In this document: positions 25,784-35,442 of the stretch, piece by piece
How the letters are laid out: the number at the start of each line of letters is the position of its first letter
Position numbering within the stretch: the first letter of the stretch is position 1
Source of the DNA: Candidatus Eiseniibacteriota bacterium
GTDB taxonomy: Bacteria; Eisenbacteria; RBG-16-71-46
Assembly: GCA_963744995.1 (NCBI GenBank)
Contig: CAVUWA010000011.1
Span: 21,577-85,576, forward strand
Reading direction: 5' to 3'
Length of the DNA stretch: 64,000 bases
Notes under the pieces: generated by a model
Databases searched by the model: none
Told to the model about the DNA's origin: nothing
The model's input: the letters and a program-made list of their open reading frames with translations, nothing else
Made by a program: the position numbers and the translations under genes

Positions 25784-27712
25784 ATGAGCGCTTCCATCAA
25801 GATCGCCAACGCAGGCGGCTACTGGGGCGATGATCTGCGCCAGTTCAAGCGCCAGATCGAACTCGCCCCCATCGACTTCGTGACCCTCGACTTCCTCGCC
25901 GAGATCACGATGTCGATCATGCAGAAGCAGCGTGCACGCGACCCGCGCGCGGGCTATGCGCGCGACTTCGTGCAGATGGTCGAGGAGGCGCTGCCTGCGA
26001 TGATCGAGAACGGCACGCGCGCGATCTCGAATGCCGGCGGGGTGAATCCGCTCGCCTGCCGCGCGGCGCTGATCGAGATGGCGCAGCAGCACGGCCAGGA
26101 CATCGAAGTCGCCGCCGTCACGGGCGACGACCTCATGGGCCGCCTCGGCGAACTGAATGCGTCGGGCGTGACGCTCGACAACATGGACGACGGCGCGAAG
26201 TTCGCCGCCATCCGCGAGCGGGTCTCGTCGGCGAACGCCTACTACGGCGCGTGGCCGGTGGTCGAAGCCCTCGAGGCCGGCGCACGCATCGTCGTCACCG
26301 GCCGCTGCACCGACACCGGCATCACGCTGGCGCCGATGATCCACGCCTTCAACTGGGCGCCCGACGACTGGGACCGCCTCGCCGCGGGCATCGTCGCCGG
26401 GCACATCGTGGAGTGCGGGGCGCAGTCGACGGGCGGCAACTTCAGCGACTGGCGCACCGTGCCGCGCTTCCACGAGATCGGTTATCCGGTGCTCGAGGTG
26501 TTCGAAGACGGCTCGTTCATCGTCACCAAGCAGCCCGGCACCGGCGGACGGGTCTCGCTGCGTACGGTGAAGGAGCAGCTCGTCTACGAAATGGGCGACC
26601 CGCGCAGCTACATCACGCCCGACGTCGTCGCCGACTTCGCGAGCGCGAAGCTCGAGCAGGCCGGGAAGGACCGGGTGCGCGTGTGGGACATCAAAGGGCG
26701 CCCCGCGCCGACGTCGCTCAAGGTGTCGGCGTCGTACTTCGACGGCTGGAAGGCCGCCGGCACGCTGATCATCTCGGCGCCGGACGCGGTGGACAAGGCG
26801 AATGCCTTCGCGCAGCTGTTCTGGAAGCGGCTCGGCCTCGAGTTCACCGAGACGCGCACGGAGCGGATCGGCCACTCGGCGTGCTGGGGACCGCTCGCGC
26901 CGCCGGTCGAGCCACCCGAGATCCTGCTGCGCCTCGCCGTGCGCGACGCCGACAAAGGCAAGATCGCCGAGTTCGCGAAGATGCTGCCGGCGGTGATCCT
27001 GTCCGGGCCGCCCGGCGTCGCAGTGACCGGCGGCCGTCCGCCCGCGCAGGAGGTCGTCGCCTACTGGCCCGCGCTCGTGCCGCGCGATCGCGTGAAGCCG
27101 ACGCTGGTGACGCGCGAGGGGGAGCGCGTGCTCGACTGGCCGACGCCGCCCCGCGAAATGGAGCCGCCGCCGCCGTTGCCGCGCATGAGCTGGCCCGTGC
27201 CGGTCTCCGGCGCTTCGAAGCGCATGGTGACGGTGCCGCTTTCGAAACTCACGCACGCGCGCAGCGGCGACAAGGGCGACACCTGCAACATCGGCGTGAT
27301 CGCGCGCGCGCCGGAGATCTATCCGTGGATGAAGAAGGCGCTGACGGCGACGATCGTGAAGCGCTGGTTCCGCGGCATCTGCAAAGGGAAGGTCGAGCGC
27401 CACGAGGTGCCGAACCTCGGCGCGTTGAACTTCCTGCTGCACGAGTGCCTGGGCGGCGGCGGAACCGTGTCGCTGCGCATCGACGCGCAGGGCAAGACGC
27501 TGTCGCACGCGCTGCTCACGATGAAGGTCACCGTGCCACAGGCGCTGGTGAAAGCGGCCGAACGCGGCGATGCGGAAGACGGTTCGATGCCGAAGGCCGA
27601 GGCGGCACGGCCGGCCCGGCCCGCGCGGAAGGCGGCGGGCGCGACGTCTCCCCGCGGGCGCTCGAATTCGGCGCGCGGCGGGCGCGGCGGGAAGAAGCGC
27701 CGGCGGCGCTGA
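25784..27712 (+). CDS. AtuA-family (DUF1446) acyclic terpene utilisation-like protein
   Basis: MSASIKIANAGGYWGDD...FVTLDFLAEITMSIM...ISNAGGVNPLACRAAL...VTGDDLM matches AtuA N-terminal blocks recalled from memory. The C-terminus has an Arg/Lys-rich tail (...GGRGGKKRRRR). Confidence 0.75.
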   Translation: MSASIKIANAGGYWGDDLRQFKRQIELAPIDFVTLDFLAEITMSIMQKQRARDPRAGYARDFVQMVEEALPAMIENGTRAISNAGGVNPLACRAALIEMAQQHGQDIEVAAVTGDDLMGRLGELNASGVTLDNMDDGAKFAAIRERVSSANAYYGAWPVVEALEAGARIVVTGRCTDTGITLAPMIHAFNWAPDDWDRLAAGIVAGHIVECGAQSTGGNFSDWRTVPRFHEIGYPVLEVFEDGSFIVTKQPGTGGRVSLRTVKEQLVYEMGDPRSYITPDVVADFASAKLEQAGKDRVRVWDIKGRPAPTSLKVSASYFDGWKAAGTLIISAPDAVDKANAFAQLFWKRLGLEFTETRTERIGHSACWGPLAPPVEPPEILLRLAVRDADKGKIAEFAKMLPAVILSGPPGVAVTGGRPPAQEVVAYWPALVPRDRVKPTLVTREGERVLDWPTPPREMEPPPPLPRMSWPVPVSGASKRMVTVPLSKLTHARSGDKGDTCNIGVIARAPEIYPWMKKALTATIVKRWFRGICKGKVERHEVPNLGALNFLLHECLGGGGTVSLRIDAQGKTLSHALLTMKVTVPQALVKAAERGDAEDGSMPKAEAARPARPARKAAGATSPRGRSNSARGGRGGKKRRRR

Positions 27713-27787
27713 TCGCAGCACCCCGCACGATGGATTCCTGATACCGCACCGAGCCGCTCAACGCCGTGCGCCGCGGCCGCACGGACT

Positions 27788-30067
27788 TCAGCGGATGTCC
27801 AGCGACTGACGCTCCCCGGCGGTCATGGGGCGCCTCAGGATCTCCCGCACGGCGGCCTCGAGCACCTCGTCCCGGCCCGCGCGGAGGCCCGCGATCGTAG
27901 GCCGCACCTCGACGTCGGGCACGATGCCGACGCGCTGCGTCGGGCGCCGGTCGGGATAGAAGACGCCGATGCCGCTCATCGTCCCGCGGAGGCCCCCGGG
28001 CAGTGAGATGCGCGAGATGTTGCCGTCCGCGCCCGCCGTCCTGCTGCCGACGATCCGCGCGCCGGCCGCACGGAACGCCATCGTCGTGTACTCGGACTGG
28101 CTCATGGACGCCTCGTCGACGAGCACGGCGACCCGTGCGTCGATGTGCGGTTCCGCCGGCACCAGGGCAATGGACGGCGTCCAGGCGAACGCGCCCGGAT
28201 TGGCGGGATCGGCCCGCGTGAAGCACGCGAAGTCCGTCAGGGTCGAAACGAGATGTTGTCCGAGCGTGAACACCATGAAGTCGGACGGGTAGTCGCGGAG
28301 GTCGATGATCAGCCCCTTCGCGCCGGCGACGCCCGAGAGGTACGTGCTCACCTCGGCCCGCCGGACCGAGGACAGCGTCAGGTACGCGAGGTCTGTGCTC
28401 AGGCGGCGGAACGCGGGACCGGGATGATCGTGGTTCCATCCGACGCGGGCATTCAGCTCGGCGAGCGGGATGCGATCAGCCGTGAGCCGCAAGGTCCGAT
28501 CGCCCCGCACGATCGACACCCGGGCCGTGGTGGAATCGCCGCGCAGCAGCACCGCGGCCAGAACCTGGCGAAACGCCCACGCGTTGGACACCCCGTACCA
28601 GGGCCTGCACCGCGCAGCGATCGAGCCCACCGGCACGCCGTCCACGGCCTCGACGATGTCGCCGACCCGGAGCCCCGTGGCCGGCCCGAGCTCCGGATGC
28701 CAGTAGCCCGTCACGACCGCCTTCCCTTCGACGAACCTCACGACCACCGGCACCGCGCGGTCACCCGCGGGCGGCACCACGAGCGCGGCGCTCCAGAGAT
28801 TGGCGTGGCCGTCGTGGACCCGTGCGAAGACGCCCGCCATCGCCAGGGCGTAGTCGTCCTTGCGGGTCGCTGCGGCAACCTCGGGAATGGCGTGTTTCAG
28901 CACGGCGTCCCAGTCCTCGTTCATCACCTCGCGGTACGGAGACCAGTACTCGACGAAGTTCCAGAATCTGAACAACGCGAGCAGCCGGTAGCCGGGGTCG
29001 GGAAAGCCTTCCGGCATGTAGGGCGCCTCTTCCGAGAAATCCGGGTTGCCCACCTCCGGCACGAAATCGACGTAGAACTGATCGCCCGTCGCCGGTCGCC
29101 TGGCATAGATGGTCCGCAGCGTGGCGGATAGATCACGACCCAGGAACGCCTCGTTCGCCAGCCAGGTCAGTTGCGGGCGCATCGCGACACTGTCGGGCAG
29201 TTGCGCGCAGGTCGTGCAATCGGGCACATCGCCCAGGGACGCCGCCCAGCGCGCCACCGTGCGCCGGGCAGCAGATGCATCCTTCGCCGCGAGCACCCGC
29301 GGCATCACCCGAAACAGGTCGTAGTCGAAGTGCCGCCTCCCGGCCACGATCGCGGGATGATGGTACTTGAGGAATCCCCAGACCTTCGCCAGCAGCGCGA
29401 GATTCCCGATCTGGGTCGCCGTCAGCGTGGTGTCCTCGATGCCCGAGCCGGCGTTGAACGCCCGATCGCGGTCGAACACCGTGAGGTGCGGTACGGCTTC
29501 CGGAGCTTCCGCCATCGGCCGCCCGTCGACGAGCAGTTCGAGATCATCGACCCACACCATCCCTGATCCGGAGAGCAGCGTCCCCAGCTGGATCGTGCGC
29601 GCGCGCCGATCCAGCGGCAGCGTGATCCGGTATTCGGTCCAGTCGGTGGATCCGGTGATCGGGCGATCCTGCATGTTGTCGAACGCCCGGACGTCGCCGC
29701 GGCCATCGAGGCGCATCCACAGACCGGCCGTCCCCCTCGAGATCGTGGCCTTCACCCAGCCGACCAGCGCCACGGAATCACCCGAGAAGTCCACGGGAAG
29801 CCGGATCGCGAACGAAGAAAACGTCGATGGGCTGGTCGTGGTTCGTTCGATGCGCCCGGCGTAGCGTCCGCCGTGCACCTCGACGCTGTCGATGAACAGC
29901 GTTTCGGCGGGACCGGATGGGCGGCCGTCCCAGGCGTCGAGCGATCCGGTCGCGCCGCAGGATTCGAAGGACAGGGCGCCGCTGTGATCGTCACGGGCGG
30001 CGCTTTGCGGCGCGCAGGAGGCGAACACCAGAAACAACGGGACTATCGGCCACAGGGGTCGGGACAT
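27788..30067 (-). CDS. S41-family peptidase (tail-specific/C-terminal processing protease-like), secreted
   Basis: It has a signal peptide (MSRPLWPIVPLFLVFASCAPQSA). The C-terminal blocks GLIIDLRDYPSDFMVF...SMSQSEYTTMAFRAAGARIVGSRTAGADG are S41-like. Confidence 0.65.
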   Translation of the reverse strand: MSRPLWPIVPLFLVFASCAPQSAARDDHSGALSFESCGATGSLDAWDGRPSGPAETLFIDSVEVHGGRYAGRIERTTTSPSTFSSFAIRLPVDFSGDSVALVGWVKATISRGTAGLWMRLDGRGDVRAFDNMQDRPITGSTDWTEYRITLPLDRRARTIQLGTLLSGSGMVWVDDLELLVDGRPMAEAPEAVPHLTVFDRDRAFNAGSGIEDTTLTATQIGNLALLAKVWGFLKYHHPAIVAGRRHFDYDLFRVMPRVLAAKDASAARRTVARWAASLGDVPDCTTCAQLPDSVAMRPQLTWLANEAFLGRDLSATLRTIYARRPATGDQFYVDFVPEVGNPDFSEEAPYMPEGFPDPGYRLLALFRFWNFVEYWSPYREVMNEDWDAVLKHAIPEVAAATRKDDYALAMAGVFARVHDGHANLWSAALVVPPAGDRAVPVVVRFVEGKAVVTGYWHPELGPATGLRVGDIVEAVDGVPVGSIAARCRPWYGVSNAWAFRQVLAAVLLRGDSTTARVSIVRGDRTLRLTADRIPLAELNARVGWNHDHPGPAFRRLSTDLAYLTLSSVRRAEVSTYLSGVAGAKGLIIDLRDYPSDFMVFTLGQHLVSTLTDFACFTRADPANPGAFAWTPSIALVPAEPHIDARVAVLVDEASMSQSEYTTMAFRAAGARIVGSRTAGADGNISRISLPGGLRGTMSGIGVFYPDRRPTQRVGIVPDVEVRPTIAGLRAGRDEVLEAAVREILRRPMTAGERQSLDIR

Positions 30068-30274
30068 GATGACAGCCTCGCGCATGCCTTGGACGATCCG
30101 ACAATGAACCGATCGCCCGGAGCGTACACGAGGGGCCGCGTTCTGCCTCACCTTCGCCCTGCGCGAAGCCCCGGCAACGAACGAGGGAGCGGTTTTCACC
30201 GCCCCCTTCGCTCGCGCCCGGGCGCTGCTCCCGGGCTGCGCGCGGCCCGCGCGTCGTGTGCGGCCCCGTTTCGA

Positions 30275-30565
30275 TCAGTAGTCGTTGCCGGGGCTCATCT
30301 GCCGAATCGGCAGCTGCAGCCAGCCCCAGTCGTCGGGGAGCAGGTACATCACCGGCTTGATGACGTCGAGTCCGACACGGCGCAGCGTGGCGAGCCCGTC
30401 GCCCACCTGATGGTTGGCGCCGATGCCGTCGGCCTCCACCGCGTCGTCGACCGGCATCCGGATCCCCATTCCGAGTCGCGCATCCGCCCTGCCTGCGGTG
30501 CCCACCGACAGTGCTGCGGCCATCACGGCGGCCGCGGCCCACATGGTCCAGTGATTCCGGTTCAT
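30275..30565 (-). CDS. Small secreted hypothetical protein (96 aa)
   Basis: It has a signal peptide (MNRNHWTMWAAAAVMAAALSVGTAGRADA) and there is no competing real gene in the region. Confidence 0.35.
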   Translation of the reverse strand: MNRNHWTMWAAAAVMAAALSVGTAGRADARLGMGIRMPVDDAVEADGIGANHQVGDGLATLRRVGLDVIKPVMYLLPDDWGWLQLPIRQMSPGNDY

Positions 30566-30878
30566 GACGTCCCTCCTCTCGCGTGCGGCTGAACTGCGAA
30601 CGCGGGAGTGATCTATCAAGCCCCGTGCCGACCCGCGCGACGTGGTGTGCTTCGCCCCAATCGCCTGCACACGTTGCGGATACGGGCGCGATGGCGAGCG
30701 GGCAGGGGCGGGACGTCCTGCGGACTTCCGCAGCGGCTGCGGACTTGCGGGGCCCGCGTGCGGAAGGTCCGCCCTCTTCCCGGGCGCCGGCCTCCCCATC
30801 CGCGACGCGGCGATTCACGCCCGCCCGCGGCATGTGTTACACGGTGTCGCGTCATCGTGCCCTTCGATTGGAGATTCC

Positions 30879-31379
30879 GTGACCGCCGACACCCTCCGCC
30901 GCCTGCTCGGGCTCGAGCCGCTTCCCAACGAAGGCGGCTTCTTCGTGGAGACGTACCGCGCGACGCGGCGCGTGCCGGCGGACGCACTGCCCGGGCACCC
31001 CGCCGACCGATCGCTCGCGACCGCGATCTACTACCTGATCACGCCCGGGAGCTTCTCGGCCATGCACCGCGTGCGCTCGGACGAGATCTTCCACTTCTAT
31101 ATGGGGGACGCCGTCGAGATGCTGCAGCTCTCCGCAGGCGGCGCCGGCCGCGTGGTCACGATCGGCCCGGATCTCGAGGCCGGCGCCAGGCCGCAGGTGG
31201 TCGTGCCCGCCGGGGTCTGGCAGGGCGCGCGGCTCGCCGCCGGCGGCGCGTGGGCGCTGCTCGGCACCACGGTCTCGCCCGGTTTCGAGTTCGAGGACTA
31301 CGAGCACGGCGAGCGCGCGGCGCTGATCGCGGGCTGGCCGGCGTGGCGGGAGAAGATCGAGGCGTATACGCGGGGCTGA
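30879..31379 (+). CDS. Cupin-fold protein (DUF985-like)
   Basis: GGAG lies before the GTG start. The blocks FFVETYRA...AIYYLITPGSFSAMHRVRSDEIFHFYMGD...VVPAGVWQGARL are cupin-like. Confidence 0.55.
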   Translation: MTADTLRRLLGLEPLPNEGGFFVETYRATRRVPADALPGHPADRSLATAIYYLITPGSFSAMHRVRSDEIFHFYMGDAVEMLQLSAGGAGRVVTIGPDLEAGARPQVVVPAGVWQGARLAAGGAWALLGTTVSPGFEFEDYEHGERAALIAGWPAWREKIEAYTRG

Positions 31380-31405
31380 GGGGCGCCGCGACGGCGCGGC
31401 GCCCC
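31380..31405 (+). terminator. Hairpin terminator directly after the cupin gene
   Basis: GGGGCGCCGCG-acgg-CGCGGCGCCCC forms an 11-bp perfect stem. Confidence 0.5.
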
Positions 31406-31512
31406 GGATCCGCCGCCTTCCCCTAGGCCAGCGCCTCTTCGAGCCGCACGAGGAACGAGCGGGCCTCGCAAGCCGATTTTTCGGGGCGATTCCGGGAATC
31501 CCGTGGCGTGGT

Positions 31513-31543
31513 ATGACATCAATATGATATCATTGTGATGTCA
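31513..31543. promoter_or_regulatory. AT-rich nested palindrome (operator candidate) immediately upstream of the SPFH gene
   Basis: TGACATCAatATGATATCATtgTGATGTCA has outer arms GACATCA/TGATGTC and an inner perfect palindrome ATGATATCAT. It is conspicuously AT-rich in a genome of about 70% GC. A second small palindrome GATTCCgGGAATC lies about 15 nt upstream. Confidence 0.4.
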
Positions 31544-31564
31544 CCCCCAAGAGGAGGTTTCCAG

Positions 31565-32437
31565 ATGCTTCGCGAGAAGAAGGCGCAGTCGCTGCCCGGT
31601 CTGCCGATGCTGATCTTCTGGATCCTGGCGCTGGTCGGAGCCCTGTGGCAGTTCATCGGGTCGGTGAAGGCCGACCACCCGGCGGGCGCCATCGGCGGCG
31701 TCGTGCTGTTCGTCATCGTGGCCCTCGGCTTCGCCGGGCTCATCATCGTGAACCCGAACGAGGCGCGCGTCCTGCAGCTGTTCGGGCACTACACCGGCAC
31801 GCTCAAGGAACCGGGACTCCACTGGATCAACCCGCTCACCAACCCGCGCCGCAAGGTGTCGCTGCGGGTGCGCAACTTCGAGAGCGGCAAGATGAAGGTC
31901 AACGATCTCGATGGAAACCCGATCGAGATCGCCGCCGTGGTGGTCTGGAAGGTGATCGAGACGGCGGAAGCGGTGTTCCACGTCGACGACTACGAGAATT
32001 TCGTGCACGTGCAGAGCGAGGCCGCGGTGCGCAACCTGGCCACGACCTACGCCTACGATTCGCACGAGGACGACAAGATGTCGCTGCGCGGCCATACCAA
32101 CGAGGTGGCGGAAGGTCTCAAGAAGGAGATCCAGGACCGGCTCGAGCAGGCCGGCGTCGACGTGATCGAAGCCCGCATCAGTCACCTCGCCTACGCGCCC
32201 GAGATCGCGAGCGCGATGCTGCAGCGCCAGCAGGCGAGTGCCGTGGTCGCGGCGCGGGCGAAGATCGTCGAGGGCGCGGTCAGCATGGTCGAGATGGCAC
32301 TCGATCAGCTCAGTGAAAAGAACATCGTGACGCTCGATGAAGAGCGCAAGGCCGCGATGGTCAGCAACCTGCTCGTGGTGCTGTGCGGCGACCGCAACCC
32401 CCAGCCCATCGTCAACACCGGAACGCTCTACTCGTAG
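31565..32437 (+). CDS. SPFH/band-7 (stomatin/prohibitin-like) membrane protein
   Basis: GAGGAGG lies before the ATG. An N-terminal TM helix is followed by an SPFH core. Confidence 0.8.
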   Translation: MLREKKAQSLPGLPMLIFWILALVGALWQFIGSVKADHPAGAIGGVVLFVIVALGFAGLIIVNPNEARVLQLFGHYTGTLKEPGLHWINPLTNPRRKVSLRVRNFESGKMKVNDLDGNPIEIAAVVVWKVIETAEAVFHVDDYENFVHVQSEAAVRNLATTYAYDSHEDDKMSLRGHTNEVAEGLKKEIQDRLEQAGVDVIEARISHLAYAPEIASAMLQRQQASAVVAARAKIVEGAVSMVEMALDQLSEKNIVTLDEERKAAMVSNLLVVLCGDRNPQPIVNTGTLYS

Positions 32438-32446
32438 GATGGTGTG

Positions 32447-32614
32447 ATGGCGGCCAGAAAGCCCTTCCTGCTGCGGCTCGACCCCGCGGTCCACGACGCG
32501 CTGCAGCGCTGGGCCGCGGACGAGCTGCGCAGCGTGAACGCGCAGATCGAATACCTGCTCCGGCGCGAGCTGCAGAGCGCGGGGCGGCTGAAGGAGAACA
32601 AGCCCGGGAAATAG
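32447..32614 (+). CDS. Small Arc/MetJ-type ribbon-helix-helix DNA-binding protein (55 aa), absent from the ORF track
   Basis: [43 protein letters not shown] parallels the Arc repressor (FNLRWPREVLDLVRKVAEENGRSVNSEIYQRVMESF). It lies 10 nt after the SPFH stop. Confidence 0.5.
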   Translation: MAARKPFLLRLDPAVHDALQRWAADELRSVNAQIEYLLRRELQSAGRLKENKPGK

Positions 32615-32751
32615 TCCGGCGGGGCGGGCGCGGCACGGGCCGGCCGCGTTCATCCCCGCGACCGGCACGCGGCCGGCCGCAGCAGCATATCCGACGATGC
32701 GGCGCCTCATCCGGGCGCCGGTGCCTTGACCATTAGGGCGCGCTCAGGGTA

Positions 32752-32767
32752 TTTAGGATGTCCTAAA
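32752..32767. promoter_or_regulatory. Palindrome overlapping the putative -10 upstream of hemS and the dtxR-like gene
   Basis: TTTAGGAtgTCCTAAA has TTAGG/CCTAA half-sites reminiscent of DtxR/IdeR iron boxes. It is preceded by TTGACC, a -35-like hexamer. Confidence 0.35.
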
Positions 32768-32845
32768 CATGTCGCGTGCCGCGCCCGATCGGGCGCAGCC
32801 GGGCCCGTCGTCGTCCTGCGCACCCCACACCCCCAGAGGCTCCTC

Positions 32846-33913
32846 ATGTCGTCCGCCACTCCGAGTGCACTGCTTTCCACCTGGCTCGAAACCCGCGCCA
32901 GACGGCCCCGGGCCCGCGCCCGTGACATCGCTACGGGGCATGGCATCAGCGAGGCGCAGCTCGTCGCCTCGGCGTGCGGCGCGGACGGCGCCATCACCGC
33001 CACGCGCCTGGCGGGCGACTGGAGGGACCTCCTGTCCGGCCTTCCCGCGCTCGGCGCCTTCAAGGCGATCACGCGGAACGAGTACGCGGTGATCGAAGTC
33101 GAAGGGGCCTACGATCGCGTGTCGTTCGACGGCGAAGTCGGGCTGAGCCTCGGACAGATGGACATGCGCATCTTCGCGTTCCGCTGGTCCATGGGCTTCG
33201 TGCTCGACGAGGACACGCCCGCCGGCCCGCGCCGGAGCCTCCAGTTCTTCGACGCCGCAGGCGACGCAGTCCACAAGATCTACGCGATCGACGGCACCGA
33301 CGCCGCCGGACTCGACGCGTTGATCAGCGCGTTCCGCGCGGCCGATCAATCGAACGGGCAGCGCGTTGCGCCCCCGCGCCCGACGCCGGCTCCGCGCCCC
33401 GATGAGGAAATCGATCTCGCCGGGCTGCGCACGGCCTGGGCGGCGCTCGAGGACACGCACGACTTCTTCGACCTGCTGCAGCGGTTCGAGGTCCGGCGAC
33501 TGCAGGCGATGCGGCTGGTCGGCGAACCGTTCGTCTTCCCGGTCGGCACCGAGAGCCTGAAGCACGTGCTGGAGGCGAGTGCGGCGCAGCAGACGCCGAT
33601 CATGACGTTCATCGGCAACCCGGGCATGCTGCAGATCCATACCGGGATCGTAGAACGCGTGGTCGAGATCCCCGGCTGGCTCAACGTGCTGGATCGGAAG
33701 TTCAACCTGCACGTGCGCAGCGACGCGATCGCTGCGGCCTTCGTGGTCCGCAAGCCCTCGCGCGACGGCACCGTCACCGCCCTGGAGCTCTACGCCGCCG
33801 ACGGCACGCTGATCGCCCAGTGCTTCGGCAAGCGCAAGCCGGGCATCCCGGAAGACCCGCGCTGGCGCGAGCTGCTGGAGGGCGCTACCCGCATTCCCGC
33901 CGTCACCGGCTGA
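32846..33913 (+). CDS. hemS: Heme-degrading/heme-trafficking protein, HemS/ChuS/HmuS family
   Basis: Blocks align to Yersinia HemS recalled from memory: ARDIATGHGISEAQLVAS, FKAITRNEYAVIE, SLQFFDAAGDAVHKIYAIDGTD, DTHDFFDLLQR, IMTFIGNPGMLQIHTGIVERV, SRDGTVTALELYAADGTLIAQCFGKR. Confidence 0.85.
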   Translation: MSSATPSALLSTWLETRARRPRARARDIATGHGISEAQLVASACGADGAITATRLAGDWRDLLSGLPALGAFKAITRNEYAVIEVEGAYDRVSFDGEVGLSLGQMDMRIFAFRWSMGFVLDEDTPAGPRRSLQFFDAAGDAVHKIYAIDGTDAAGLDALISAFRAADQSNGQRVAPPRPTPAPRPDEEIDLAGLRTAWAALEDTHDFFDLLQRFEVRRLQAMRLVGEPFVFPVGTESLKHVLEASAAQQTPIMTFIGNPGMLQIHTGIVERVVEIPGWLNVLDRKFNLHVRSDAIAAAFVVRKPSRDGTVTALELYAADGTLIAQCFGKRKPGIPEDPRWRELLEGATRIPAVTG

Positions 33914-33923
33914 AGGAGGCCGC

Positions 33924-34442
33924 ATGCTCTCCGGCAAGAATCCGCGCCGCCGCGCGCTGACCGCGAGTCACGAGCACTATCTGCGCGCGCTCTACGAGGT
34001 GCGCAGCCGGCTCGGCTACGCCCGGCTCACCGACGTCGCGCGCGCGCTCGGCGTCGCGCCCTCCACGCTGTCGGTGGGTCTCAAGCCGCTCGAGGCACGC
34101 GGGTTGCTCGAGCACGACGATCACCGCTTCCTCGTGCTCACCGCGAAGGGCGAGCGCGTCGCCCGCGAGGTCCATCACCGCTTCGCGGTGATGCGGCACT
34201 TCCTCACCGACGTGCTCGGCGTCCCCGCGCAGGTCGCCGAACAGGAGGCCTGTCTCTTCGAGCACGACGTCAGCCCCGAGACCACCGAGCGGCTGCTCGA
34301 CGTGCTGAAGCTGCTGCGCCAGGACGAGGCGCTGCGCGGCCTGCTGCTCTCGCGGCTCGCCGACTTCCGCCGCACGTGCCTGCCGCAGGCGGAGTGCGCG
34401 ACCTGCGACCTCACCTGCATGAGCCTCGAAACGGACGCCTGA
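33924..34442 (+). CDS. DtxR/IdeR-family metal-dependent transcriptional repressor with Cys-rich C-terminal tail
   Basis: HEHYLRALYEV...LTDVARALGVAPSTLSVGLKPLEARGLLE form a DtxR-like wHTH plus metal-binding helix. The tail ...CLPQAECATCDLTCMSLETDA replaces the usual SH3/FeoA domain. Confidence 0.75.
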   Translation: MLSGKNPRRRALTASHEHYLRALYEVRSRLGYARLTDVARALGVAPSTLSVGLKPLEARGLLEHDDHRFLVLTAKGERVAREVHHRFAVMRHFLTDVLGVPAQVAEQEACLFEHDVSPETTERLLDVLKLLRQDEALRGLLLSRLADFRRTCLPQAECATCDLTCMSLETDA

Positions 34443-34481
34443 GCGAGGCCGGGCTCACCAAGTCTGTTTTGCATTGATAAA

Positions 34482-34515
34482 CAGCGGCCGCGATCCGGCC
34501 GCTGTGGCCTTTTCC
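34482..34515 (+). terminator. Intrinsic terminator after the dtxR-like gene
   Basis: CAGCGGCCG-cgatc-CGGCCGCTG forms a 9-bp stem followed by TGGCCTTTTCC. The AT-rich palindrome CTGTTTtgcattgatAAACAG lies immediately 5' of it. Confidence 0.55.
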
Positions 34516-34788
34516 GCCTTGCGACGTCTCGCCCGCCCGTCAGGCGCCGGCTGCGCCGCAAGCGTATTTCATGACAGTGCGTTACCTGTGGGCGCCCGCC
34601 GGATCTGTGACATGCGCCGATCCGCGGCCGGGCGCACCAAGCGTCGCGACGAGGGGCCGGCCTGCCCCATTTGATCGATATTCGTGATCACGAAGGCGCC
34701 GCGGCGGGTTATGCTGCAGGCCCGTTCGTTCGCCCCCCCGTGAAACAACCCGGCGAGCCGGCCGCATCGCCCTCCCAGGGAGACCGTC

Positions 34789-35205
34789 ATGCGCCGACCA
34801 CCGCTTGCGCTTCTCGTGACCACCGCCGCCGCCATCGCCGCCCTCGCGATCGCTTCCGGATGCTCGAGCAAATCGAGCAACCCCACGGCACCCGGGGGCG
34901 GCGGGGGTGGCGGCGGCGGCACCAGCGCGACGATCAACTCCGGCACCATCGCCGGGAACGGGGGCAGCTTCACGTTCACCTTCCCCGACACCGGCACGAC
35001 CGGCTATCACTGCGGCATCCATCCCACGATCATGAAGGGCAACAGCATCTCCGTGACCAGCACGTCGCCCAACGATTCGATGGTCGTGCAGATCGTCAGC
35101 ACGTCGACGCCCGGCTACTCGCCCTCGGCGGCGACCATCCGGCCCGGTGGTCACGTACGCTGGGTGAATGTCGACGGGATGAGTCACTCGGTCGAGAACG
35201 ACTGA
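34789..35205 (+). CDS. Cupredoxin-like lipoprotein (type-1 copper site candidate)
   Basis: It has a lipobox (LAIASGC) and a Gly-rich linker. GYHCGIHPTIMKG is consistent with a blue-copper Cys-His-Met ligand set. Confidence 0.5.
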   Translation: MRRPPLALLVTTAAAIAALAIASGCSSKSSNPTAPGGGGGGGGGTSATINSGTIAGNGGSFTFTFPDTGTTGYHCGIHPTIMKGNSISVTSTSPNDSMVVQIVSTSTPGYSPSAATIRPGGHVRWVNVDGMSHSVEND

Positions 35206-35442
35206 GTCTCGCGCCATCCACGCCCCACGCCGGCGTCCGTGAGCCACGGGCGCCGGCGTCGTTCATGTGCGGCGATCTGTGGCGCGCACGCTACACGCGC
35301 CCCCCGCTGCAGCCCGGGCAGCCGGCCCGGCGCGCGCGTACAAGCCGTTGCCGCACAGCGATTACCGCGCCCACCCCGGCCGGTGGCATGCACCCTGCTC
35401 TTTTCCCCCGGTGAACGCAGCATCACCACGAGGAGACCCGCC

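Noticed and set aside
30530-30800. Apparent 1-nt frame inconsistencies when I hand-translated around 30540 and 30780 (and a 2-nt one near 59340)
   Set aside because: The ORF track gives uninterrupted frames (30275-30799 minus, 29873-30592 plus). The mismatches fall exactly at line junctions of the printed sequence, so I attribute them to my base counting and not to genuine frameshifts or pseudogenes.
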